A model generated the notes under the pieces. That model had not been told where the DNA came from and searched no databases. It saw only the letters and a list, made by a program, of their open reading frames with translations. The translations under genes and the position numbers were made by a program. From an uncultured virus (IMG/VR IMGVR_UViG_3300042892_000790) (lineage: Duplodnaviria; Heunggongvirae; Uroviricota; Caudoviricetes; Crassvirales): a stretch of 64,000 nucleotides of DNA. Positions 25,249 through 36,000 of this stretch are shown one piece after another. The first letter of the stretch is position 1, and every line of letters starts with the position of its first letter. The DNA is taken from IMG/VR virus record IMGVR_UViG_3300042892_000790. One strand, written 5' to 3'.

Positions 25249-27677
25249 TGACAGAACCAACCATTGCAATAAGCCCAAGCAGCTTCCCAACTCAGTTGGC
25301 CACTGATGCCGAAAAGGCCTCAAAAGAGTATGGCCTAAAGATAGGAAGTGCTATTCAGTACGAGTGGTTTCGCAGAGATGCGGGTTCTTGCCGTTTCTAC
25401 AACCAGTGGACAGAGTTCCACCGCCTGCGTTTGTACGCCCGTGGTGAGCAGTCTGTCGAGAAGTACAAGAAGGAGATGTCATTCGACGGAGACCTTTCGT
25501 ACTTGAACTTATCTTGGACCCCGGTCCCAATCATACCCAAGTTCGTTGACATCGTTGTCAACGGGATGGCAGACAGAAACTTCAGCATAAAGGCCGTTGC
25601 ACAGGATGCGATGGCCGCTGAAAAGAGGTCTCAGTTCCAGGACATGATTGAGGGCGACATGGTTGCAAAGGACTTCTTGCTCCAGACAAAGGAGCAGTTC
25701 GGAGTGGACGCTTTCAACACAGACGTTGAGAACTTGCCGTCTACCGACGAGGAGTTGCAGCTTTATATGCAATTAAATTACAAGCCTAGCATCGAGATTG
25801 CCGAAGAAGAGGCGATCAATACGATCCTAGAGCAAAACAACTATGCAGACATTAAGAAAAGAATCAACTATGACTTGGCAGTGCTGGGTGTGGGTGGGGC
25901 AAAGCACAACTTTTTGCCCGGGGCAGGTGTTAAGGTCGAGTACGTTGACCCGGCCAACCTGGTCTACAGTTACACCGAGTCACCAACATTTGAAGATTGC
26001 TTTTACTATGGTGAGGTAAAGCAGGTCCCGATCACAGAGCTGATCAAGATCAAGCCTGACATTACCAAGGAAGAGATGAACGAGATTTCTAATCTAGGCT
26101 CAGCTTGGTACAACTACTATGGTATCATGCGTCCTTACAGGGACGACATCTTCTCCAAGGACAATGTTACGCTTCTTTATTTCAACTACAAAACAGACAA
26201 AAAATTCGTATACAAGAAGAAGTTCTTGGACAACGGAGGAGAGCGTGTTATACGCAAGGACGAGAACTTTAACCCAGAGGTAACTCCAGAGGACAGGTTC
26301 GAGAAGGTAGAGAAGAGAATTGACGTTTGGTACGAGGGTATCCTTGTGATGGGATCGAACCACTTGATCAAGTGGGAGCTTTCCAAGAACATGGTAAGAC
26401 CAAAGTCTGCGTCTCAGTACGCATACTCTAACTACGTGATGTGTGCTCCACGCTTGTACAAGGGCGTTGTCGAGTCATTGGTACGCAGGATGATATCATT
26501 CGCCGACCTGATTCAGATGACTCACCTCAAGCTGCAGCAGGTACTCACTAAGATCGTTCCAGATGGTGTATTCATCGACGCTGACGGACTTACCGACGTT
26601 GACCTAGGCAATGGTGCCGCTTACAACCCAGAGGACGCTCTACGCATGTACTTCCAGACCGGTAGCGTTATCGGTAGAAGCTACACCTCTGACGGCGAGT
26701 TCAACAATGCACGTGTCCCAATTCAAGAGCTAAACTCTAACTCTGGTCAGGCTAAGATTTCTAGCTTGATCGGTACATACAACCATTACCTGTCTATGAT
26801 CAGGGACGTTACAGGACTCAACGAGGCCCGTGACGGTTCAATGCCATCGTCTGACGCACTAGTTGGTGTTCAGAAGTTGGCTGCTGCTAACTCAAATACT
26901 GCCACAAGGCACATCCTTGACGCAGCTCTATTCATCACAAGAAGGCTATCTACCTGTGTATCTGGCCGTGTGTCTGACATCTTGGAGTACGCTGACTTCC
27001 GAGAGGAGTTCGCCAACCAGATCGGAAAGTACAACGTACAGATCCTAGAGAGCATCAAGGACCTTTACCTGCACGACTTTGGTATCTTCATCGAGGTATC
27101 TCCAGACGAGGAAGAGAAGCAACAGCTTGAGGCTAACATCCAGATGGCACTATCTAGAGACCAGATCGGTCTAGAGGATGCAATCGATATCCGTGAGATC
27201 AAGAACTTGAAGCTTGCCAACCAATTATTGAAGGTCAAGCGCAAGGAGAAAGATAAAAAGGAGATGGAGAAGCAGCAGCAGATATCTCAGTTCCAGTCGC
27301 AAGCGAATATCGAGGCCGCTAACGCTACAGCTCAGGCCAAGATGCAACAGATCCAAGCCGAGACTCAGTCTAAGATCGAGATTAAGAGGGCAGAGGTTCA
27401 GTTCGACGTGGAGAAAATGCAGCAAGAGGCTCAGATCAAGTTAGGCCTTATGCAGCAGGAGTTCCAGATGAACATGCAGCTAAAGGGCGTAGACATGCAG
27501 GGGCTAACCGAAAAGGACAAGATGAAGGAAGAGGCAAAGGATAAACGAGTATCTTTACAAAATACACAGCAATCAAAGTTGATCGAGCAAAGAAAAAACA
27601 ACTTGCCACCGGTAGACTTCGAATCGAATGAGGACACCCTTGATGGCTTTGACCTAGCGTCATTTGAGCCAAAATAG
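25248..27677 (+). CDS. portal protein
   Basis: 809 aa after terL; PIIPKFVDIVVNG; Q-rich C-terminal coiled coil. Confidence 0.88.
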   Translation: MTEPTIAISPSSFPTQLATDAEKASKEYGLKIGSAIQYEWFRRDAGSCRFYNQWTEFHRLRLYARGEQSVEKYKKEMSFDGDLSYLNLSWTPVPIIPKFVDIVVNGMADRNFSIKAVAQDAMAAEKRSQFQDMIEGDMVAKDFLLQTKEQFGVDAFNTDVENLPSTDEELQLYMQLNYKPSIEIAEEEAINTILEQNNYADIKKRINYDLAVLGVGGAKHNFLPGAGVKVEYVDPANLVYSYTESPTFEDCFYYGEVKQVPITELIKIKPDITKEEMNEISNLGSAWYNYYGIMRPYRDDIFSKDNVTLLYFNYKTDKKFVYKKKFLDNGGERVIRKDENFNPEVTPEDRFEKVEKRIDVWYEGILVMGSNHLIKWELSKNMVRPKSASQYAYSNYVMCAPRLYKGVVESLVRRMISFADLIQMTHLKLQQVLTKIVPDGVFIDADGLTDVDLGNGAAYNPEDALRMYFQTGSVIGRSYTSDGEFNNARVPIQELNSNSGQAKISSLIGTYNHYLSMIRDVTGLNEARDGSMPSSDALVGVQKLAAANSNTATRHILDAALFITRRLSTCVSGRVSDILEYADFREEFANQIGKYNVQILESIKDLYLHDFGIFIEVSPDEEEKQQLEANIQMALSRDQIGLEDAIDIREIKNLKLANQLLKVKRKEKDKKEMEKQQQISQFQSQANIEAANATAQAKMQQIQAETQSKIEIKRAEVQFDVEKMQQEAQIKLGLMQQEFQMNMQLKGVDMQGLTEKDKMKEEAKDKRVSLQNTQQSKLIEQRKNNLPPVDFESNEDTLDGFDLASFEPK

Positions 27678-27724
27678 TGTGTCACATTTATTCGTAAATT
27701 TGTGACCAAATAATTAAATCTAAT

Positions 27725-28852
27725 ATGACAAACGAATTTAAAGTGCGTTCTGTCTCTTTCGATGAGGAGAAATCCGTTCAAGAAATCGAGGCACAACTGC
27801 TAAAGGAACACGAAGAGAAGAATGGTATCTCTTCAGAAGAAACGCCAGTAGAGACCACAGTGGTGGGATCGGATGGCACGATTGAAAAAGAAAGTGTTGA
27901 AGAGACTCCGGGGGCAAACCCAAGAGAATTGGAAGACACAGACGTTCTTACATATCTTAAAAATCGGTACAACAAGGAGATCAACTCAGTAGACGAGTTG
28001 TTTTCCGCAAGAAAAGAGGCCGAGGAATTGCCGGAGGACGTGTCAGCATTCTTGAAGTTCAAGAGAGATACGGGCCGCGGATTCGAAGACTTTGTTAAAA
28101 TCAACAAGGACTACGATGCAGTTCCCGCCAATGATTTGTTAGTCGAGTATCTTAAGCAGACCAATCCTGACCTAGACGATGAGGACATCAAGTTCGAGGT
28201 TGAGAGCAGGTACGCTTATAACGAAGACTACGACGACGCCAAAGAGGTGAAGTCAAAACAGATCGCAATGAAAAAAGATCTTGCCAAGGCCAAAGAGTAC
28301 TTTAATAAACAGAAAGAACAGTACAAGCTCCCTCTTGAGTCAAGAGAAGGCTTTGTTCCAGAAAATGAAAAAGGTAACTACGAGGCTTTCAAGAAGTATT
28401 CCAAAGAGACCGAGGAAATGCAAAAGCAGCAGATGGAGCGCTCAGAGTTCTTTGCAAAGAAGACAGAAGAAGTCTTCAACGACAAGTTCAAAGGTTTTGA
28501 ATTCAATGTCGGTGAGGGTGATGTATCTTTCAAACCTAGCAATCCCGAACAAATGAAGAAGGCTCAGTCTGATGTAAGCCAATTTATTGGATCGTTCTTA
28601 GATGAGAATGGTTTTATTAAAAACGCTGAAGCATATCACAAGTCAATTGCTGTTGCAATGAACCCAGACAGCTTTGCCAAGTTCTTTTACGAGCAAGGAA
28701 AAGCATCTGCCATTGATCAAGTAAGCAAGGAGTCTAAGAATATTCAGATGGATATCAGACAGACACCGCAGCCTACCGCGACAGGTGGATTCAAAGTAAC
28801 TGCACTCGACAACGACCACGGCTCTGGACTACGTATAAAAACACGTAACTAA
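27725..28852 (+). CDS. capsid scaffolding protein
   Basis: Acidic, helical, between portal and MCP. Confidence 0.7.
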   Translation: MTNEFKVRSVSFDEEKSVQEIEAQLLKEHEEKNGISSEETPVETTVVGSDGTIEKESVEETPGANPRELEDTDVLTYLKNRYNKEINSVDELFSARKEAEELPEDVSAFLKFKRDTGRGFEDFVKINKDYDAVPANDLLVEYLKQTNPDLDDEDIKFEVESRYAYNEDYDDAKEVKSKQIAMKKDLAKAKEYFNKQKEQYKLPLESREGFVPENEKGNYEAFKKYSKETEEMQKQQMERSEFFAKKTEEVFNDKFKGFEFNVGEGDVSFKPSNPEQMKKAQSDVSQFIGSFLDENGFIKNAEAYHKSIAVAMNPDSFAKFFYEQGKASAIDQVSKESKNIQMDIRQTPQPTATGGFKVTALDNDHGSGLRIKTRN

Positions 28853-28877
28853 ACAAAAAAAACTAAAAAACTAAACT

Positions 28878-30278
28878 ATGGCTGGATCAGTTCAAGTGAG
28901 TCCCGGGTTTGCTATAACCCCCTCATCCGTTAAGGCAACATTGCCTTCTAACTACATTACCAACTTCGATTTCTTAAACCAGTATCTTCCTGATACCTAC
29001 GAGAAAGAATTCGAGCGTTACGGTAATCGCTCTATCGCATCTTTCTTACGTCAAGTAGGAGCTGAGATGCCTTCTAACTCTGACCTTATCAAGTGGGCAG
29101 AACAAGGTCGTTTGCATACTAAGTATGTAAGCTGTACTTCAGCTGCTGCCGCTGCTGCTGACACCGCTACTTGGACAGTTGCTGACTCAGGTATTACTGC
29201 ATGTAACTTCCGTGTTGGTCAAACTGTATTCTTGTCTCGTAACTCTGGTGGTACTCAAAGCGACAAAGCTATCATCACCGCAGTATCTGGATTGACTTTC
29301 ACCGTTGCTTACTATGCTGGTGGTGGACAAACTATCCCTGTATCAACTACTTCTACTGCATTCGTTTACGGTTCTGAATTCAAAAAAGGAGCTAGCGGTA
29401 TGTCTGGTTCTTTGGAGGCTGAAGATAGTTTCTTCGACAACTCCCCTATCATCATTAAGGATAACTACGAAGTATCTGGTTCTGACATGGCTCAGATCGG
29501 ATGGGTAGAAGTTACTACTGAAAATGGTGCAACTGGATACTTGTGGTACATCAAGTCTGAGCACGAAACTCGTTTGCGTTTCGAAGACTACATGGAAATG
29601 GCCATGGTAGAAGGTGTTCCTGCTGAAACCGCTTCTGGTGCTATCGCAGTAACTGGAGATGTTGGTAACAAAGGAACTAAAGGTTTATTCTACACAGTTG
29701 AACAGCGTGGAAACATTTGGGCTGGTGGAAATCCAAGTACTTTGGCTGACTTCGATGCTATCATCCAACGCTTGGACAAGCAAGGTGCTATCCAAGAGAA
29801 CGTATTGTTCTTGAACCGTAACTTCAGCTTCGATATCGATGATATGTTGGCTACTCAAAACAGCTACGGTGCTGGTGGAACTAGCTATGGTTTGTTCAAC
29901 AACGACGAGAAAATGGCCTTGACTTTAGGTTTCTCTGGATTTAAGCGTGGATATGAGTTCTACAAAACTGATTGGAAATACTTAAACGATGCTACTCTTC
30001 GTGGTGGTATCAATGGTGGTGAAATCAACGGTGTATTAGTACCTGCTGGTTCAACTAATGTTTACGATCAAGTTATGGGTAAGAACGCTAAGCGTCCATT
30101 CTTGCACGTTCGCTACCGTGCTAGCGAAACCGAGAATCGCAAATACAAGACTTGGATCACAGGTTCTGCTGGTGGCGCTGCTACTAGTGACTTGGATGCA
30201 ATGAAAGTTAGTTTCTTGTCTGAGCGTGCATTGTGCACCTTGGGCGCGAACAACTTCTTCTTGTTCAAGACTGCCTAA
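28878..30278 (+). CDS. major capsid protein
   Basis: 466 aa, strongly biased codons, strong terminator; WAEQGRLH and GYLWY motifs. Confidence 0.88.
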   Translation: MAGSVQVSPGFAITPSSVKATLPSNYITNFDFLNQYLPDTYEKEFERYGNRSIASFLRQVGAEMPSNSDLIKWAEQGRLHTKYVSCTSAAAAAADTATWTVADSGITACNFRVGQTVFLSRNSGGTQSDKAIITAVSGLTFTVAYYAGGGQTIPVSTTSTAFVYGSEFKKGASGMSGSLEAEDSFFDNSPIIIKDNYEVSGSDMAQIGWVEVTTENGATGYLWYIKSEHETRLRFEDYMEMAMVEGVPAETASGAIAVTGDVGNKGTKGLFYTVEQRGNIWAGGNPSTLADFDAIIQRLDKQGAIQENVLFLNRNFSFDIDDMLATQNSYGAGGTSYGLFNNDEKMALTLGFSGFKRGYEFYKTDWKYLNDATLRGGINGGEINGVLVPAGSTNVYDQVMGKNAKRPFLHVRYRASETENRKYKTWITGSAGGAATSDLDAMKVSFLSERALCTLGANNFFLFKTA

Positions 30279-30300
30279 TCTTAAATAGGTTATCACACAC

Positions 30301-30331
30301 AAGGGGTGGGTACAATGTACTCACCCTTTTT
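30301..30331 (+). terminator. intrinsic terminator after MCP
   Basis: AAGGGGTGGGTAC-AAT-GTACTCACCCTTTTT. Confidence 0.8.
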
Positions 30332-30363
30332 GTTTATATTTGTACCAACAATTAAATCTACTT

Positions 30364-31107
30364 ATGATAAAATCTACAAATGAGCTTAAGGACAGGGTAT
30401 TTGTCCTTACCTCCAGCACCTCCCCGTTAACTTATGTGTTGCCATCTCGTAACACTAAAAGATTTTCACTGCTCCACTTTGATGGAAAGACTAACCGTGC
30501 ACTACGCTACGCAAGAAATCAAAAGTCTGTATTTGAAGACGAACAAGACGACAATGCAATTGTCGAGCCAGTTATCTTTGAGGATGGTGCCTTGGTAGTT
30601 CCAGCAAACAATCCTCTCTTGTCGCAGTTCTTGGATATCCATCCATTAAATGGTCAAATATTTACGGAGTTGAATCCAGAGAAAGAGGCAATAATGGATA
30701 TTGAGGACATGAATGTAGAGCTAGACGCTCAGATCGCTGCTAGATCTATGGACCTAGATACCATGTTAGCTATTGCTAGATTGGTTTGGGGGCCTGTAGT
30801 TGACACAATGACTACTCCAGAGTTGAAGAGAGACATCTTGTTGTACGCAAGAGAGTATCCAATTCAGTTGCTAGAGATGTTAAATGACCCATCATTGACC
30901 GAGACAGCTTTAGCCTCTAAGGCGCTTTCTGAGGGCTTGTTTGGTATGCGTAACAATAACCGTGAGATCTGGTTTAATATGACCGGAAACAAGCGTAAGT
31001 TGATGAACGTGCAGCAGGGTGAAGATCCTGTGTATGTTTTGACTGCATACTTAGAGTCTGCTGAAGGGAAAGAAGTATTGGAAATGGTGAAGTCTAAGTT
31101 ATCATAA
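30364..31107 (+). CDS. conserved morphogenesis/virion protein
   Basis: RALRYARNQKS.FEDEQ...IFEDG; follows MCP. Confidence 0.65.
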   Translation: MIKSTNELKDRVFVLTSSTSPLTYVLPSRNTKRFSLLHFDGKTNRALRYARNQKSVFEDEQDDNAIVEPVIFEDGALVVPANNPLLSQFLDIHPLNGQIFTELNPEKEAIMDIEDMNVELDAQIAARSMDLDTMLAIARLVWGPVVDTMTTPELKRDILLYAREYPIQLLEMLNDPSLTETALASKALSEGLFGMRNNNREIWFNMTGNKRKLMNVQQGEDPVYVLTAYLESAEGKEVLEMVKSKLS

Positions 31108-31126
31108 TTATACGTATATTTGTTGT

Positions 31127-31408
31127 ATGGAAAAATTTTTAAGCATCCCAGTTACTAGCGAACAAAATCAGCTAGTTCAGGCTACAGGAATCATTTTGAT
31201 TGAGCAAGCCTCTACAACTACAGTTACCATCACTTACGGTGGCGGTAAAGTGGTTACACTTACACATGCTACTGCTGGTGCAGGAGACGAGACAGAGCGT
31301 GATGCAATTCAAAGCGCCGTAGTTGCTGCCTTGCAGACTTCTTGGACTTTTGTTGCATACACTGTATCGAACCTTCCATACGCAGTTAGTGGAATTGGTG
31401 TAGCGTAA
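31127..31408 (+). CDS. small virion protein
   Basis: Own promoter and terminator. Confidence 0.65.
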   Translation: MEKFLSIPVTSEQNQLVQATGIILIEQASTTTVTITYGGGKVVTLTHATAGAGDETERDAIQSAVVAALQTSWTFVAYTVSNLPYAVSGIGVA

Positions 31409-31430
31409 ACATTAAGACTATTTAAAACTA

Positions 31431-31460
31431 AGGCCATCTCGAGAGGGGTGGCCTTTTTTT
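31431..31460 (+). terminator. intrinsic terminator
   Basis: AGGCCATCTC-GAGA-GGGGTGGCCT-TTTTTT. Confidence 0.75.
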
Positions 31461-31477
31461 GTTATCTTTGTGAGAAC

Positions 31478-32170
31478 ATGATTAACACGGTTAGAAATAC
31501 TGTTATGGCTATCATAAACAAGGACAACAACGGTTATATTACACCGGATGAGTTCAACTTGTTTGCCAAGCAGGCTCAGCTAGAGATATTTGAACAACAA
31601 TTTTACGATTACACTAACTGGGTTAATAAAAGAAACGCCCGGATGGCTAACGATGGCTACTCTGACATTCAAAAACAAATTGCAGAAAAAATTGATAGAT
31701 TTAGCGAGCAGGCGACTCTTACGTATAATTCTGGTGCCGGCGCTTTTCCTGCACCTTCTAATTCTTATTTCGTTAACGTTCTACTTTACGCTAACAAAGA
31801 GATTGAGTACGTGGCTCACACGAAAATTATGAACCTTATCTCGTCAAACTTGACGGCTCCCACTACATCGTACCCTGCGTACTATGAGAAGGAGAATTTC
31901 TATTATGTATATCCGAGCACAATCCAAACCAATGTCAGCGCTCTGCACGTTCGCTATCCTGTTGATCCTAAGTGGACATACACTGTCGTGTCAGGGTCGC
32001 CTATATTCAACCAGTCAGCTGTTGACTATCAAGACTTTGAGCTTTCGGAAAGCTCACAAAACGACTTAGTTTTCAAGATCCTTTCATACGCTGGTGTTAA
32101 TATCCGTGAGAACGATGTAGTTCAGTTCGCAATGGCCGGAGAAAACGCAGAGTCAACCAAGCAATCATAA
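31478..32170 (+). CDS. tail ring/adaptor protein 1
   Basis: NKDNNGYITPDEFNLFAKQAQLEIF; crAss-like synteny. Confidence 0.7.
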   Translation: MINTVRNTVMAIINKDNNGYITPDEFNLFAKQAQLEIFEQQFYDYTNWVNKRNARMANDGYSDIQKQIAEKIDRFSEQATLTYNSGAGAFPAPSNSYFVNVLLYANKEIEYVAHTKIMNLISSNLTAPTTSYPAYYEKENFYYVYPSTIQTNVSALHVRYPVDPKWTYTVVSGSPIFNQSAVDYQDFELSESSQNDLVFKILSYAGVNIRENDVVQFAMAGENAESTKQS

Positions 32171-33069
32171 TGGCATATATAAGCAACCAACAATACTACT
32201 CAGACCCCAACAATAACGGGGAGTACCAGTATGTCAGCCTTGCTGACGTAGTGAATAACTTCATGCTTATGTATGTTGGTGACGACAAGTTGATCGGAAC
32301 CGTGAACAGGTACAATGTGCTGTTCTACGCAAAGCGTGCGATCCAGGAGCTTAACTACGATGCGGCTAGGAATGTTCGCGTTCTTGAGTTTAGGATTGGT
32401 CCAGACCTTAAGTTAATACTGCCACCTGACTACATCAACTACGTTCGTATCTCATTGGAGAACGAGGGCGTCTTATTCCCGTTGTTTGAGAGCAAGACCG
32501 TAAACTACGCACAGACATACCTAAGAGACTCTAGCGACAATATCCTATACGACATGAACGGAGAGGTTATTACGGGCACGTCCGAGCTTGACATGAAGAG
32601 AATCCAAGGGTATCCAAGGGAATTGTTCACTGGCGACGCTTGGGCAAACGGAAGATATGGATGGCTTGTAGATGGTTATTGGTATTTTAACTATGACTTG
32701 GGCGGATACTTTGGCCTAAACGGAGAGACTGCGAACGGAAATCCGAACTTCAGAATCGATCAGGGATCTGGCGTGATCAACTTCAGCTCTCAGATGTCTG
32801 ACCAGTTATTGGTGATGGAGTACATCTCCGATGGTCTTGAGAACGGTGACGACTCATTGGTCAAGGTAAACAAGTTTGCCGAGGACTTCATGTATAGCTA
32901 TATCAAGTGGTGTATTTTAAACAATCGTGTTGGAGTACAGGAGTACATCGTTCGTAGAGCGAGAGAAGAGAAGTCAGCCCTTCTTCGCAACGCAAAGATT
33001 AGGATGAGCAACTTGCACTCTGGTAGATTGTTGATGGTATTACGGAATCAATCTAACTGGATTAAATAA
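32170..33069 (+). CDS. tail ring/tubular protein 2
   Basis: AKRAIQELNYD...LPPDYINYVRIS...EYISDG. Confidence 0.7.
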   Translation: MAYISNQQYYSDPNNNGEYQYVSLADVVNNFMLMYVGDDKLIGTVNRYNVLFYAKRAIQELNYDAARNVRVLEFRIGPDLKLILPPDYINYVRISLENEGVLFPLFESKTVNYAQTYLRDSSDNILYDMNGEVITGTSELDMKRIQGYPRELFTGDAWANGRYGWLVDGYWYFNYDLGGYFGLNGETANGNPNFRIDQGSGVINFSSQMSDQLLVMEYISDGLENGDDSLVKVNKFAEDFMYSYIKWCILNNRVGVQEYIVRRAREEKSALLRNAKIRMSNLHSGRLLMVLRNQSNWIK

Positions 33070-36000
33070 TGCAAATAACAAGGTCGCTGGTATCCGGCAT
33101 AATGAATAAGGACCTAGACGAGCGTCTAGTTCCAAACGGGCAGTATCGTGATGCTCTGAACGTAACCGTGGGAACCTCTGAGGACGCCGGTGTTGGCGCT
33201 GTAGCTAACGAGCTAGGCAATACACAGGTAAGCGGGCTAGCCGCTGCTGCGACTACATTTTCTGGAAGTGCATTCTCTTTGGCCGGGGCCAAGACAATTG
33301 GCTCTATAGCTGTCCCTGCCGAGTTCTTGATCTTCTGGTTTGTAAAGGCTGTCACGGGCAATATCATCGCATCGTACAATTCACAGACAGGTCTTACATC
33401 CATTATTGCAATGGACACTAGGGCCGGATCTAGTAATGTATTGAACTTCAATTCAGAATACTTAATCACTGGCGTAAACTATATCAGTGGTCTATTATTC
33501 TGGACAGATAACTTAAACCCACCTAGAAGAGTTGACACAAAAGCTTTCTATCCTTTCAACAACTTTACACAAGACGATATCAATGTCATCGTAAAGCCAC
33601 CATTAACGGCTCCTACACTAGCTCTTAGAAATGACTCAAGTGTGTTGTCTAATAACATCAAGGACAAGTTCTTGTACTTTGCTTACAGGTACAAGTACGT
33701 TAATAACGAGTACTCGTCTTTCTCTCCATTCTCAGAGGTTGGATTTCAACCAAGCATATTTACATTTGACTATGGTACCGGTGTCAACAAGTCAATGCAG
33801 AACAGGTGGAACATTATAGACATTTCATTCTCTACTGCTGGATCAAACATTAAAGAGATTCAACTGTTATTTAAGGACTCTGCGAGTACAAATGTAAACG
33901 TCATTGAGAACCTGGTATTGTCAGATTTGGTGTTGGGCAATATTCAAGGTGTTACGTACAACGCAGGAGCCCAAACTGCCAAGTTCTCAGGCTTTGCTAA
34001 TAACAAAGTTTATGGTGTATTGCCATCGAACCAACTAACAAGACTATTTGACAACGTACCGTTAAAGGCAAAGGCTCAAGAGTTAATCAGCAGCCGGATT
34101 ATCTACGGAAACTACACTCAGTTTTACAACATTGTATCCATAGCTGGCAAGGGAATTGTTCCAAATTACTCCGTAAGTATTGTTAGCGAGAGCAAGCTCA
34201 GTACTGGCTATGTTATAAATAGCCCGGTAAAGACACTTCACTCTGACAGGGGATACGAGGTTGGTATTTGCTACATGGACGACTATGGTAGAATGAGCAC
34301 CGTATTGACATCAAGCACAAACACAGCAAGTGTTTCATCGGCAAACTCAGATACAAGTAATTACTTAAAGGTTAACATAATAAGTGAGGCTCCATCATTT
34401 GCTACCAAGTACAGAATATTTGTAAAGCAAGCAAAGGGACAGTACTACACTATATTCCCAAACATTTTTTATACTGAGGGAATTTACACATACTTTATGA
34501 TCAACGAGTCTGACGTGGACAAGGTTCACGCCAATGACTATATCGTATTTAAAGTAAATCCAAATGGAATTACGTATAGCAATACAGAATTTAAAGTACT
34601 TGATGTAGTTGTAAAAGAAAAAGACTTTTTAAACAACAAAAAGAATCAGATTTCTGGCGTATACATGAAGGTAAAGACCGATGGAAATACTGCATTTTCT
34701 GCATCTAACCTCATCGTCAATAAAACATCAAGTAGAGGTGTAACTTCTGCAAGAAAGTCTAAGTATGCAGCAGGTTTTACATGTGCAAGTCTAGGAGATC
34801 CTGGCGTATTGCCCATATTCTTTCCTCACTCTTTTACTGAAGATCCTGTTTTTTATGGAGCGGGTGCAAATGATTTGGCTACTGTAAATAAGTCAGACAA
34901 GGTATTAGTAGATAGGCGTATAAGAATTGAAATTGATGGAAGGAACGCTTCTGGTATAGACACCTTTAAAGTCTCAGTTCTTTCTACAGACGTTGCCGGA
35001 GCGTCTCTCATTCAAAATGTAGCAATTACTGGTACAAATCAAGTGATATCAGACGGAACGAAAACTTTATGTACAATTAGATTTGCCAAAACTACAGGAC
35101 ATACCATTGGGGATTCTTGGAGAATAAACCAAAGGGCAAACTGGACAAGCTTTGATGGTAGAACTGTTTTTGGAGGGCCCTTAGTCTTTACTGGCTTTGA
35201 CGATCCATTTGGTGGTATTGCTGTTTTCCCTAAAGATGCTACGTCTATTAGTGGAGGAGCTGTAATTACTATTAAGATAAACGAAACAAGAGTTGCTGGT
35301 GGAGAGGGTCAACCAGAACAAACATTTATCTCGTCAAGGGATTACATAAACATTGAGGAATGGTTTTTTGAGGACTCTATATACGAGCAGTTCACAATGA
35401 CTGCACGTAGTCAAAATCAAGGTGCAACAACAGTATTTTTTAGAAGGTGTAGCAACTACAGAAACATTCAGTCTGGAAGCCAGTCCTGTACTCAGGTAGA
35501 CCAAACAGACAATGGAGACATTAGAATGTTTATCCGTGGCCATGCAGATGCAAATAGCGACGACTTTAAGAGCGGAAACTCAATTTCTTGTATTAGAGCA
35601 ATACTCACAGTTGATTGTACGATTACACAGGCAAAGAACAAGACCATAATTGAGACTCAGCCAAAGAATACCGACATAGACATATACCACGAGACAGAGA
35701 CATTCTCGGTTACCAATGGTCTGCACTCTGGAACAAATGGTCAAAACCAATCTAGAGACACAGCAGGAACCATTCGGAAACCTGCAATAGTAGACTTGGT
35801 GAATGTATACAATGCATACTGTTTTAGAAATGGTGTTGAGAGCGATCGTATTCGTGATGACTTCAATGGATCTAGCATGCAGTACAGTCCACGTGTTTCT
35901 TCTACGATTGAAAATTATGAGCAGGAACGTGTTCCACACGGACTAACTTACAGTGGCGTGTTTAGGGAAGACACCGGAACAAATAGATTAAATGAGTTCA

